From Eledone cirrhosa (Eukaryota), in NCBI GenBank assembly GCA_964016885.1, contig OZ024741.1, positions 161,076,001 to 161,140,000 on the forward strand: 64,000 nt of DNA. Direction: 5' to 3'. A program made the translations under genes and the position numbers. The notes beneath the pieces are model-generated. The model did no database searches, was not told where the DNA came from, and saw only the letters and a list, made by a program, of their open reading frames with translations. This document shows, in pieces, positions 11,845-24,529 of the stretch; position 1 is the stretch's first letter; every line of letters starts with the position of its first letter.

Positions 11845-13300
11845 AATAAATTCATTCAATTGGATATTGCTAATTATTACTCATCTATCACTCCTAATCT
11901 ACTTAATAAAGCCCTTACATATGCATTTAAATATACAGATTTAACTAGCAATGAAATGCCCATTATCTTAACTGCACGTAAAACATTAATTAAATTTAGC
12001 AACCACCTTTGGACTAGAGCAGACAGAGATAGTAATTTCGATATCATTATGGGATCATCGGACTCGGCGCAATTAACGGATCTTGTGGGGCTTTTTATTA
12101 ACAATACTTTACATAGGAAAATACCGGAGATGACCGGTGGTTTATATCGTGACGATATGCTATTACTTATTGAAAATAATAATAATTGTGAAATAAATAG
12201 GAAAAGAAAAGAAATTATACAACTTTTTAATAGCGTTAATCTTAAAGGAGAAGTAGAGGATAATTATAAAATAGTTAATTCTTTAGATGTAACTTTAAAC
12301 CTTAACACTGGTCTTTATTATCCATTTCATAAATTAAACGAGAATTTAAACTATGTTAACTTTAATTCCAATCACCCCAGATCCGTTAAAAACACTATTG
12401 TAAATTCTGTGCAGCAACGTATTTCTAGAATTTCAGCGTATAAAAATATATTTGAAGATAAGGCACAATATTATAACGAAGCGTTAGGTAGAGCAGGCTC
12501 TAGTAATGAAATTAAATACATTGACAATAAAGATGTGCCAATTAACCATAACTATAATTATAATAGAAAACCTTACACTAACTCGAAAACCAAAAGAAAA
12601 AATAGAACTAGAAATATATTATGGTTCGCGCCCCCCTTCTCATTAAGTATTAAAACCCCTATTGCTAAATTAATCTTTAAAGCTCTAGATAGGTGCTTTC
12701 CTAAGACACACATGTATTACTCAATCTTTAATAGACATACTATTAAACTCTCATATTCCACCACTATGAATTTAGCGCAGAATATTAATAGAATTAATAA
12801 TAGAAACTTAAAACCTAACCAGAATAGCACTAATACCCCTAGCAATATCCAATATAATGTTACGGCTCCTAATAATATAAATTTAGATAAATGTAATTGT
12901 AGAAATAAATCTAAATGTTCTCTAAATAATAATTGTTTAGTTAAAAATATAGTATACAATTGTAATGTCAAAACAAATGAAAACTCCTTTAACTATGTCG
13001 GCTCTACTTCCACAGACTTCAAATCTCGTTTTAATAACCATAAATGTTCCTTTACAAATATTGGTAAAAAATCTTCAACTTCTCTATCTAACTTATTATG
13101 GGACCTGAAATCCAAGAATATTAACTATTCTTTACTTTGGAAAATTATTTCCAAAGTTCCTTCATCCCAAAATTGTTCTCTTTGTGTTGAAGAAATATTC
13201 TTTATACTAAAAGTAAGAACTCTATTAATTTACGAAATAATTTATTCAGTTCCTGCAAACATCGTTTAAACTCAACTTTTAAATATATATATAAAATGTA
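11845..13300 (+). pseudogene. PLE-1 RT (starting at motif A) plus GIY-YIG endonuclease
   Basis: DIANYYSSI, MGSSDSAQLTDLVG, GLYRDD, YVNFNSNHP, CNCRNKSKC, VYNC...YVGST...RFNNH, CSLCVEE; a frameshift near 13215 precedes NLR...CKHR. Confidence 0.88.
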
Positions 13301-14591
13301 ATATATGATTTATCTCTTTTACATAATGTCTTCTATATCTATATATGATTCATATCTCTACTTCACATATATATACTATATACTTTATATTATTACACCT
13401 ATTGATAGATTATAACATTTTTTATATGACTGCTTGAAACTCCTTTAAGAAAAAAATTTTTCTTGAAAAACTTACGGAAGGTTTTAGGAAAAATCTTTTG
13501 AAAATTCCTTTGAAAGACCATTATTTTCATACTTTCCAATATTTTTATATTATTATATTTTTATATTTTTTATATCGCCAAACGTTTTTATGTGTTTATA
13601 TAGGTGGAAAAATATGATTTTTATATAGGTTTTTTATATATATGTGGAATAACCTATGGTTTATGCTTTAAATATATTCTTAAGATAAATTTTTTTAATG
13701 TTTTAATTTTAATGTTAATGTTTTAACTTTATAGCAAGTAAATTTATGACTTCGTATAAAATAACATATGGTTCATGTTTTAATTATATTCTTAAGATAA
13801 AAATTTATAACATTTAATCCTTAGAGTCATCTGAGTTCTTAAAAAATCACTTCTAACTTCCTTTACACTTCCTTACTGCTTTTATAATATAACTAAGTGG
13901 TTATTCTTTTGTAAACTCTTGTAAATTTTTCATAAATTTAGAATTATTTGGATGTTTAAATTTTGACTTACAACTTTTAATAAAATAAACTATATTAGTT
14001 TTGCTCTAATGTAAAATACTATATATTTATTTAAATAATTTATAATCCTTAACATTTAAACTAATTATTAATATTAAATTATTAAATTAAATCTTTAATA
14101 TTAAGGTAAATTTTAATCTTTAATTTTGATTTCTAATTTTTAATTTAAATTTAATTTCAATCTCATTTTTCAACCTATCATTATAAATATTATAATCAAA
14201 ACGTAATGAATCCTGCATTATAAATATTATTCTTCCACGTTATTCTCATTTCTTCTCTCTTTTAGATATACTTATGCTGTCTACATTTATCTCTTCATGC
14301 ACTCTATTTTCACTATCAATATATATAATCGTTCTTTCTTTCCTCTTCTATCTTTCTCCTTTCTTTTTTTCTTTTTTCTATTTTTTCTCTCTTCCTCACA
14401 TATCACCTTCTTCCAACAGTTTAATTTAAATAAACCGTTATCTTTTCAACCTTTCGGACACTCATTTGCATACTCACTCATAATTTTGTATTACCCTCAA
14501 TAAATGTAATATCTCCACTATCAAGGAAGCTCCAACAGTTAAGGTTGTCCTTTTTTCCCGGGTATGTCAATATTTATTTATAAAACAAATC

Positions 14592-14660
14592 TGTATTTTA
14601 TCTGATGAAAGCGCACCATAATTTGCCTTGGTTGTCCTTGAAATATGTATAATACAATAA
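14592..14660 (+). ncRNA. Hammerhead ribozyme in the 3' repeat of PLE-1
   Basis: CTGATGA at 14602-14608 and GAAA at 14640-14643; one mismatch in stem I. Confidence 0.7.
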
Positions 14661-14697
14661 ATATGGTTTTATAAATATAGTTTCCATTTATTAATAT

Positions 14698-14742
<45 letters not shown>

Positions 14743-14998
14743 AAAAGAATGAAACGAAATTTCATTTCTCACTCTTAGTACGGCTGATACTTAAATGTAA
14801 GTATGTATACGTACATACATATATGTATACAGACGTACAGTAGTATGTATATATATATACATGCACACATATATATATGTACGTATGGGTTTACCGAACA
14901 TTTATTATAATGTTCGGTTTGTTTGTAAACAAACAGCCTGAATTACGCCGTAGTGTTCGGCAACCATCGTCGCCTTTTTGTTCAACACTGACACAGGA

Positions 14999-15041
14999 AC
15001 GATGTACTAGTTTCAAGCTTATTAGCTATCGTCAGAATCGT
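14999..15041 (-). ncRNA. Hammerhead ribozyme (family A)
   Basis: acgatt-CTGACGA-tagctaataagctt-GAAA-ctag-TA-catcgt; the stem I closing pair is mismatched. Confidence 0.75.
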
Positions 15042-15109
15042 ATACCTTCCTGTCAAATGATTGAACGTTTGAAAGTATATACTTTCCTTATGCATATTAA
15101 CAGCTGAGC

Positions 15110-15792
15110 TGTGTAATACAAATGAATATATGAGGGATGAACATCTATACAATTATAGAAGTGTTCGGATTGCAAATGACCAAGTTAGCTAGGTTGAAAA
15201 AATACTAATTTAACATAATATGGTTAGCCTGTCTCGATTTAAAATAATAAATCAATAAAAATACAAACCTATATTGGCAATGGCCGTGATACCTGAACAA
15301 ATTTTAAATCTGTTTGACAAATTTTAAATTTGTTTCGAACAATTAAGTGAAAGTTACTATTCCTGTGCTCTTCTGCCGGTATCCAGAAATTGGTACCTTC
15401 CACTTCAAAATACTTAAGAAGACTGAGAAACATGTGTTGTTGAACGCACGTGTGTCCCAGCGCCTAACTCGTCTCATATCCGTGCCGCTAAAAATAGCAG
15501 TCGGTTTTATGGGACTAACAATTAGCTCAACGCATGGAGCCGTGAATATGAAATATTGAGTTATAAACTCGAAATAGTCTTTGTTGCGAAACAAATTTAA
15601 AATTTGTCCAGGTATCACGGCCATTGCCAATATAGGTTTGTTATTTTTATTGATTTATTATTTTAAATCGAGACAGGCAAACCATATTATGTTAAATTAG
15701 TATTTTTTCAACCTAGCTAACTTGGTCATTAGCAATCCGGACACTTCTATAATTGTATAGATGTTCAGCACTCATATATTCATTTGTATACA
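15110..15792. mobile_element. Family B fold-back element (arms about 15110-15340 and 15580-15792)
   Basis: About 210-bp inverted arms around a unique spacer; the right end runs into (CA)n. Confidence 0.75.
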
Positions 15793-16227
15793 CACACACA
15801 CACATTTATTATAATGCTCGGTTGTTTGTTTGTAAACAAACAAACAGCCCGAATTACACCGTACAGTGTTTAGGCAACTGTACGGCGTAATTCGGGCTGT
15901 TTGTTTGTTTACAAAAAAACAAACCGAGCATTATAATAAATGTTCGGTAAACGGATACGTCCATATATATATGTGTGCATGTATGTATATGTATACATAC
16001 TACTGTACGTCTGTATACATATATGTATGTACGTATACATACATACATACTTACATTTAAGTAAATGCCGTACTAAGAGTGAGAAATGAAATTTCGTTTC
16101 ATTCTATTCCATTTATCGTTTTCGGTGCGCCCGGCCGACTAAACTCACTCGATATGCAAATTAGGCTGCTCAGCCGTTAATATGCATAAGGAAAGTATAT
16201 ACTTTCAGACGTTCAACCATCTGGTAT

Positions 16228-16270
16228 ACGATGCTGACGATAGCTAATAAGCTTGAAACTAGTACATCGT
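16228..16270 (+). ncRNA. Hammerhead ribozyme (family A)
   Basis: acgatg-CTGACGA-t-agct-aata-agct-t-GAAA-ctag-TA-catcgt, with a perfect stem I. Confidence 0.87.
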
Positions 16271-16541
16271 TCCTGTGTCAAGTGTTGAACAAAAAGGTGA
16301 CGTGGTTGCCTAAACACTGTACGGCGTAATTCGGGCTGTTTGTTTACAAACAAGCAAACAAAGCATTATAATAAATGTTCGGTAAACCGATACGTGCATA
16401 TATATATATGTATGTATATGTATACATACTACTGTACGTCTGTATACATATATGTATGTACCTATACATACATACATACTTATATATATATATATACACA
16501 CACACATATATATATATATATTTATATATATATACACACAC

Positions 16542-16579
<38 letters not shown>

Positions 16580-16582
16580 GTA

Positions 16583-16915
16583 TATAATTGAATATAAAAG
16601 AAAGATAAACGCAGATATAAACATATGTGTTCAAATCGTAAGGGACCATATTCGCTAGGGTGAAAAAGATACTAACTATTAACAATAGGGTTTGCCAGAC
16701 TCAATTTAAAATAAATCAAGAAAAGAAATACAAACCCTATTGTTAATAGTTAGTATCTTTTTCATCCTAGCGAATCTGGTCCCTTACGATTTGAATACAT
16801 ATGTTTATATCTGTGTTTATCTTTCTTTTATATTCAATTATATTATGCGGCTCAGAAAAACCCTTTCTGTGAGCTATTTAATTGTAAGAGACTATTTTGA
16901 ATTTCTAACTCAATA
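16583..16915. mobile_element. Family B relative: hairpin with arms 16583-16694 and 16731-16842
   Basis: Near-perfect inverted arms of about 110 bp; shares ctagg.tgaaaaa.atactaa and tttaaaata...aatacaaacc with 15190-15270. Confidence 0.7.
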
Positions 16916-16930
16916 TATACCTTTGATATA

Positions 16931-17014
<84 letters not shown>

Positions 17015-17076
17015 TACATACCAATATATATGTATATATGTGTACACACACACAAGCACATACATACATACATACA

Positions 17077-17486
17077 TGGTGGCTGCCAACTCGTTTTCGA
17101 GTATGGCCACTACTTTATATCCATGTAGGAGAACCCCTACTGATGCGCTGAACGAGTGTGACTTTTTAGTCCAGCCAGCGACTTGAAAACTCTGGTACAA
17201 ACACTACACTTGTGACAATTATTGACACATAATGCTGGGCCCATTGTACCCTGTGATGACAAGTGCAGAGAGATCTCCAGATATAAACCAATGCCTGTGC
17301 CGTGAAGCTTTTATAGTGAGCAAAGGCGCTGCACAAAGCCAGTCCCACTCTCTTAACCAAGATGATATTTACCAAAAAGAAGAACAAGTCAACATCATTG
17401 GATACCATCAGGGTTGCAGGTGTTATATCAGAGTTTTCCTTCTCCTAGAATTCTGCCTTGACAAAGGCTAAGGGGTCATCTCTCCC
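17077..17486 (-). mobile_element. Non-autonomous RTE-related short element (family C), 5'-truncated
   Basis: Reverse complement of about 38331-38740; flanked by (CATA)n on both sides. Confidence 0.7.
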
Positions 17487-17507
17487 ATACATACATACAT
17501 ACATACA

Positions 17508-17612
<105 letters not shown>

Positions 17613-19129
17613 GGTATAGAAAGTATTGTAGCAAGAAGCCAACAGTATTCCATATATATTATATATATTACATTCAAAGTTATGGATGTCATGATTGAGA
17701 TAATCTCGAAAATGTGTCTTGTCTCTCAAAATAAGCTCAAAGAAAAAATTCAAAGAATAAATCTGAGCATTTAATCATTAGAAAATACTGAATGATATAC
17801 ACTCACACAAATATCTAATGATATAAATGTATAATAGAACATATCAAACTTTTACAAGAGACAATCTGGTTAGAATGTAAGAATACATATTACAGTATCA
17901 TATTAAAATTTAACAAACATTTTAAATATAGTGTAGCGGTTGTCTCCCTTGTTTTGATTGGGATCTAGACGGGAAGTAGAACCCTTTCTGCAACTTCCGG
18001 TCAGAGCCCTATAAAACTAACAACTTTAAGCTTTCTAACTCTCATTGCCTTTTCGGCACCAGGTCAAGAGCCTCTCATTGGGCTCTGCCATTCATTTGGC
18101 CAATAGGCGCCTGGCCTTAGCCAGGCGTCCTCTGCCAGCCACCATTGCCTGGCAATCAAAACGGTAACTACTAACTTTGCTTCATTCTAACATCATCCTC
18201 ATCTTTGACATGTCAACTATACTATCTACCATTGTTAATTAAATATTATACACACAAACCATGTCTCGTTTTGTTACATTCATACAACCCAGTAATCTCG
18301 CTATAATAGATATATATGATTTTTATCAGGCATCTAGCAGTTATATAACTGTATACTATCAGGCATCATATATAGGTTCGGTCAAACCGTCGTCTTCGGA
18401 AACAATCAGATTGTTTCAATATGATCAAGCCTCCGAAACGATCGTAAAACAATCATATGAATAGGTAAAATAACTTAACTTTGTTATTGTTTTCGTTGTT
18501 AAATTAATATCTAATACACACACATACATATATATATATGTTTAACGGAAGGTATTAGGACGGTTATTTAGATATGTGATAATAACAATGTTGTTAGAAG
18601 AGATAACATGAATATAATATAAAGAATATTAAGAATAAATGATTTGGTTATATATAGTTTACTTCACGTGAATCTTTTAATAAGTACATATAAAAACAGT
18701 TACCAATGGTTGTTAAAGTTGTTATCGTTTCTGATGTGAGGCTGTTGTTGTTGGTGTTAAAACGGCGAGTTACAGATAATTGTTGTTGTTGTTGGAATTC
18801 GTGGTAATAGTTGTTAGACCGTGTTAGTTAGAGAGTATGGTATGTATAGCTCTGAAAGGTCTGTAGTAACTGAGAAATACCGTGAACTGCATACAGCGGT
18901 GTGGTCTGTAGTAACAGAGGTTCCAATCTCTGTAGTGTGTATCTGTAGACTTCTTAGGGTCTGTTGGTAGACCAAAGGGGTCTGTTCATAGCAGTAATCC
19001 TTACATAGTTAGTTGTATATTATATCGCTTCGATCTCTCTGTGTGGAATCGCTTGTACATGGTCTGTATATAGCTGCCACTCTTCCTGTCCCCCAACCTG
19101 AACTTGTTAACACAATAAATGTGGTGACC

Positions 19130-20100
19130 TAAAATTTAATGAAGAGAGCATCTGTGATACTTTTACCTGGCACAAACCCAAACTGCATTTCATCTAGATA
19201 AATTTTGTCTCTAATTAGTTGTGCAATAACTCTTTCTGTGACCTTCTTGACCTGGTCAACTAACTTAATGCCTCTATAGTTTTCTTTATCTAGAGAGTCT
19301 CCTTTGCCCTTGTAGCAGTTAACGATGCTGCTGCTATGCCAGTCATTTGGTATGATCCCATGCTGTATTACTTGGTTTCCTACCATTCCAGATGCTTTCA
19401 ACATCTCAGCAACTATCTCCGAAGGCCCAGCTGCCTTGCCTGTCTTCTTATCTTTGATTGCCTTACTTATACTACCATCAACTTGCACAGCTGGTCCCTC
19501 TATTGGATCGACTATCTTTATCCCATTCATTCTCCTCATTTAGTAGTCTCTTGTAGTGACACTTCCAAGCTACCTTCTTAGCAGTATCAGTGAAGGCAAG
19601 TACACCATCATCATTACAGACACACTTCTCCCCGACAGTATCACAGTTTTCCTTTGACACATTGTCTTGCAATCCTGAATACCTCACGTTTTTGGTCCTT
19701 GCATTGTAGAACATACTTGAACTTTCTATCCTCAGCTTCCCTTTTTGCAAAGTACACTTATCGCCTAGCCACCTGATAGTGTTCTCTACTTCCCCCCATC
19801 CTGCCATTCTTTCCAAGCCTGCTTTTTGGCTTTGATTGTCTCCTCCACCTTACTGTTCCACCACCAAGTTACTCTCCTCTTGCTTAAAGGTCAGCTCCAG
19901 CCAGAGATTTCATCTGTCACCTTCAGCAGGTTAACTTTCAGAAATTCCCACTATATTGTACGTCGCTAATTGCTCTCCTTACTTTCAAAAGCATCAAGTA
20001 ATATGCTTTTTAATTTGTTACTGGCTGTGGGGTCCCTCAACTTCCATATTCTTCTCCTCAAGGTAGTCCTCTGTCGTAGAGTACGTCCAGTCTTGACTAT
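19130..20100 (-). mobile_element. Decayed RTE LINE fragment
   Basis: KTGKAAGPSEIVAEML, NYRGIKL, EMQFGFVPG; homologous to 49400-50400. Confidence 0.85.
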
Positions 20101-20439
20101 GCAGAGAGAAAGGGGGTGGGGAGATGTAAGCATATTTGCAATGTATGAGAGAGATTCTAGAAGGGTCTATATGATTTAGCAATATCTAAAATATGTAATT
20201 CCGAGAGACAAAAGTTTGTTAGATAATAGAACAGTCTAGTACGATAAAATAAAATTGTAAGCATATTACAATGTGTGAGAGATAATAAATAATAATATAG
20301 ATATATATAGAAATGGTTTCTACAGGACTAGAACTGTTTCATTCAAAAGAAATCATCATCATCATCAATATATATATCAGGAGCGAAGGGTCCGTGCATG
20401 TATTATAGAATCTTGAATTGATCAAGTGCGTCGGTTGAA

Positions 20440-20665
20440 GCAAGCAGAATTTTGGTTGCTTACTAAAACGTATAGACACAAAAAAGATAACACACACACA
20501 CACATACACACAAACACACGACAGCTTTGGGGCAAGCAGAATTTTGACTGCTTACTAAATCGTAGGCACATAAAAAGATAACACACAAACACATGACAGC
20601 TTTGGGGCAAGCAGAATTTTGACTGCTTACAAAACTGTAGACATAAAAAGATAACACACACACAC
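20440..20665. repeat. Three-copy tandem repeat of about 75-95 bp
   Basis: aagcagaatttt..tgcttac...aaaaagataacacac repeated three times. Confidence 0.85.
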
Positions 20666-20774
20666 TACATGCGTCTTTGACGGAGAGGGTAATTTAGAGG
20701 GAATTGGGTGGTGGTGGTGGTGGCTGCGCAGCCTCACTTTCCGCCATGGCGATTGGACTGCATGCCCTTCGCCA

Positions 20775-20814
<40 letters not shown>

Positions 20815-20896
20815 CACCTCCCCACTCCCAAGAGCGTGAAACTAATAAACCTTTGTTCGTACTGCCTCTCTGTTTTGTTTCCGTTCCATTTTTCAC

Positions 20897-20930
<34 letters not shown>

Positions 20931-21699
20931 TTTATATATACATATATAAATATTCAGTTAAAACCTATATACACTTTAATATAAAATTTACCATTTTCTT
21001 TTGTTTTGTCATTTAAAAGTTTCTTTTCTTTAGAGTTTGTTCACAATCTGGAGAAAAATATCTGTTTATATTTAATTTAGGAATCATATGATTTTGTTTT
21101 TATTTATTGGCTGATTGGGTCGTTGGTGAGTGACTAGTTAGCAGGTTGGGCTGTAGGTGTAATGGCGGCTGGGTGGTGGGCTGGGTGGTTAGTATAATGA
21201 CAGCTGGGTGGGTGGTTGGTGAAATAGTTGTCAAGGGGAAGTAACCCGATCTAAGTCACTCCCGAAAGTAAGTGTAAAATTACACACACATGCACACCAG
21301 GTCCGAACACAGGAGGGGAACCAAACTCCCACTGTCATCGCATCCGTTTCTCCCGCCCTCTCACTATTTATAATGTTATTTACTCATTTGTAATGTTATT
21401 TATACAACAGAGAATTATTCGGTACATCTAAAATATTCCAAATTTTCTCTGGATTGATGTCCATTGGTCAATCTCTGTATATATTCCACGGAATATGTTT
21501 CTCTTTCTTTACGTTGTTGGTTAGATATGCTTTCTATTGGTATAATCTGTTCTTTGATAATCATGGTTATATTTTTCCTGTACATCTTTTGTTGCTGACT
21601 GTGCTTTTTCTTGGAAAACGGATTATCTAAATCACATTCTTTCTTAAATTCTACCTTTTGTACTTAAAAAAAAAACAGTTTTCACTCTTTTTCTTATCT

Positions 21700-24400
21700 T
21701 TGGAGGGATACCAATTCAGCATTTTCACACTCTCGTTTCAATAGTTTTCTAGATAATTTCTAATAGTGCCCCATAAACCTACTGTAACTTTATTCTGCCC
21801 AAAAAGTCAAGTGAGATTGGTTTCCAAGAAATTGTGGAATTGCTTTCAAAAAATTTTTGTGATAGAAGTTCATTGTTTAACAACAGAATGAAGTGTTGGA
21901 ACTTAACAAAAAATGAGGAGGAGGATTTTATCACTTACACCGGAGTAGTCAACCATATGTGCGAAAATTCCAAACTCTAGGATCTCACTCGGGATATGTT
22001 CAAATCACTTATCTTCGTGCATGGAGAAAGAGAAATTCCAGCAAGGATTCTCTTGAAAATGGAGCAAGCAAACCAAGATTTATCTCTACAGACCATCGCA
22101 GAAGACTATGGTAAATCTTAAACATGATGTGAAAAAAATACAAGATAAAGACTCTGCAAAAATTCAAATGTGTCGTCCCGGGAGGCACAATAAAAAAAAA
22201 GTGCCAGGCCCCAATCCGTGTTATGGTTGTGGAGACCTACACTATAAAAAGGATTGTCCGTTTAAATACCAAAAATGCTATAGTTGTCAGAAGCTTGGAC
22301 ACAGGTGTTCTCACTGTAGAACAAGACTACGAGGCTCAAACACAAAAAGTTCTAAGGTATTTTCAGTGGAGAGTGGTGTAACAGGCGATAAATTACATTT
22401 CTTGGGCAAAACATGCATCGACATCACATTTCGTTGTGGATAATACAATCAATTTATTTGGCACAGATTGGTTGGAACTATTCGATTTATGACACCTCCC
22501 CATAAATCTTTACTGCAATAACATAAATGGTTGTCCCGTTAAAAACAAGTCTTCGGAAGAGGTGAAGAAAAAATTGAAAAAAATATTCCTGCAAATGTTG
22601 TCAAAGGATTTAGGTCTATGTAGAAAGACGGAAGCCTATTTTCAAATAAGTGAAAATGCAGTACCTGTATTTAAAGCAAACAAAAGTACTGTTCACGGCA
22701 ATTGAAACTGTAAATGAAGAATTGGACAGATTAGAAAACAGTGGAGTCAACAGACTAGAAAAGGTGGATTACTCGAAATGGGCAGCACCCACGGTATCTA
22801 TTAAAAAAAATATATATAAGATTAGGCTGTGTGCCGATCTCTCTATAGGATTGAACGACTGCACCAGCAATATTCCAGCAAATCATGGATACTATGTTAT
22901 CCGATTGTGAATTTGCAATCCCGTACTTGGACGATATTTTAATCAAGAGTAGTTCTCGTGAACAGCATGTGGAATACATAAAAGCTGTGTTTAAGAAAAT
23001 TAAAGTTTTCGAGCTCACTTTGAGTGAAGAAAAATGCGAATTCTTTTTGCCCCAAATTAAGTACTTAGGGCAAATAATTGATAAAAGTTGTAGACGTCCT
23101 GACCTGTTCAGGACAGACGCAATAAGGAATATGCCTGCGCCGACAAATATTCCAGCCTTACAAGCATTTCTTGGGTTGGCAAACTATTATCAAAGCTACA
23201 TTCCTAATATGCACATTGAATGATTTATTAAAAAAAGGAGTAAAGTGGAATTGGTTCACTTTTGAAGAAATAAAAAAAAATTCTAATCTCAGACCTGTTG
23301 TTAGCTCATTACGATCCCGAAACGGACATCATTGTAGCGTCTGATGCTTCCGAATATGGATTAGGTGCAGTTCTACTTCATAAATACGAAGACAGAAGTA
23401 CAAAACCAGTGGTTCGTGTGTCGCGCTCGCTAATAGTGAGAGAGAAGAGATATAGTCAAATTGAAAAGGAGGCCCTAGCAGTTATTTTTGCAGTTAAAAG
23501 ATTTCACAGGTTTCTGCATGGCAGAAATTTTTTTTATTGCAAACAGACCATAGATCTTTGCTGTTGATTTATGGGTCTAAAAAATGTTTACCGACTCGTA
23601 CTGTGAACCACCTGCAATGTCGGGGTGTAATATTACTAAATTATAATTTCAAAATACATTACATTCCATCGAAAAAAATCGGTCATGCGGACTGCCTTTC
23701 GCGATTAATTCCAAAAAATATGGAACCACTAGAAGAGACTGTTATAGCCACACTGTAGCCAGAATGTGAAATTAAAAGTGTTATGACGAACGTTACCCAA
23801 GAACTACCAGTGACTGCACAGGATATAAGAATGAAAGCTGTAGGTGATGAGTATATTACGAAAATGAAAGAAGCTTTAAAAAATAAACAATAAAAATTCA
23901 GATGCCAGTAGTTTTTCAATTTGCGACGATATTCTGATGTATGCCCAAAGTGGTGGTTCCAACTACATTACAAAAAGGTGTATTGCAACAATTTCACAGC
24001 GGACATCCAGGAATGGTAAGGATGAAAGCACTTATGAGGAGTTATGTCTATTGGCCATCTATGGACCGAGATATTGAAAACTTGGTGAGAACGTGCTGAG
24101 GTTGCGTGCTCACGGCAAAATCTGCGCTGGTAAAATATCAATCGCGGCCAGAGACGGAGAACCCATGGTCTAGGGTATACATTGACTATGCCGGACCAGT
24201 AAATGGTGCTTACTACCTAATCATAGAAGATAGCTGTACTAAGTGGCAGGAGGTTTGCAGTTGCTATAGACCAACCTCTAAGACAACTATAAAGTTCTTA
24301 TATGAATTGTTTGCGTGATGCAGTGTCCCCAACATGCTTGTTTCAGACAACGGAACGCAGTTCTCTGGGCATGAATTCAAGAACTTCTGTAAAAGGCATT
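21700..24400 (+). mobile_element. Decayed Gypsy internal region (Mag/K02A2.6-like)
   Basis: Twin knuckles CYGCGDLHYKKDC and CYSCQKLGHRCSHC; WAAP..IRLCAD; YLDD; DASEYGLGAVL; YSQIEKEAL; WSRVYIDYAGP; many stops and frameshifts. Confidence 0.88.
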
Positions 24401-24529
24401 GAGTGTGTGGCTGGGGATCAAAAAAATTTCATTATACTGCAAAATTCGTTATAATGGTATTTGTTATAACAGAATTTTACCTGTATATATGTTGGGTTGT
24501 AGATTTATAGGTATAAAAATAACAACAAA

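Larger units (their letters stand above)
10634..14706 (+). mobile_element. Penelope-like element PLE-1, 5'-truncated, with an inverted copy of its 3' region (about 10634-11794 vs 13590-14706)
   Basis: About 1.1-kb inverted arms flank an RT-GIY-YIG ORF; the right end runs into (TA)n and the left end lies about 70 bp from a (TA)n tract. Confidence 0.9.
14741..16481. mobile_element. Retrozyme-like family A, locus 1: minus arm 14741-15109, short minus piece 15803-15877, plus arm 15877-16481
   Basis: Diverged homologue of the 468-bp unit at 38957-40698; HHRs at 14999-15041 (-) and 16228-16270 (+). Confidence 0.8.

Noticed and set aside
18408-18456. gattgttt...GAAAcgatcgTA-aaacaatc hammerhead-like half
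   Set aside because: Stem I and a palindromic loop III are present, but there is no CTGANGA and no stem II.
17932-19112. Two possible solo LTRs (TGTAGC...GTTACA and TGTTTAAC...GTTAACA)
   Set aside because: No matching TSDs or partner copies in the window.
20315-20385. Minus-strand tgatga-tttc..gaat-GAAA-c..GTC motif
   Set aside because: The core is disrupted by a microsatellite and stem I is absent.
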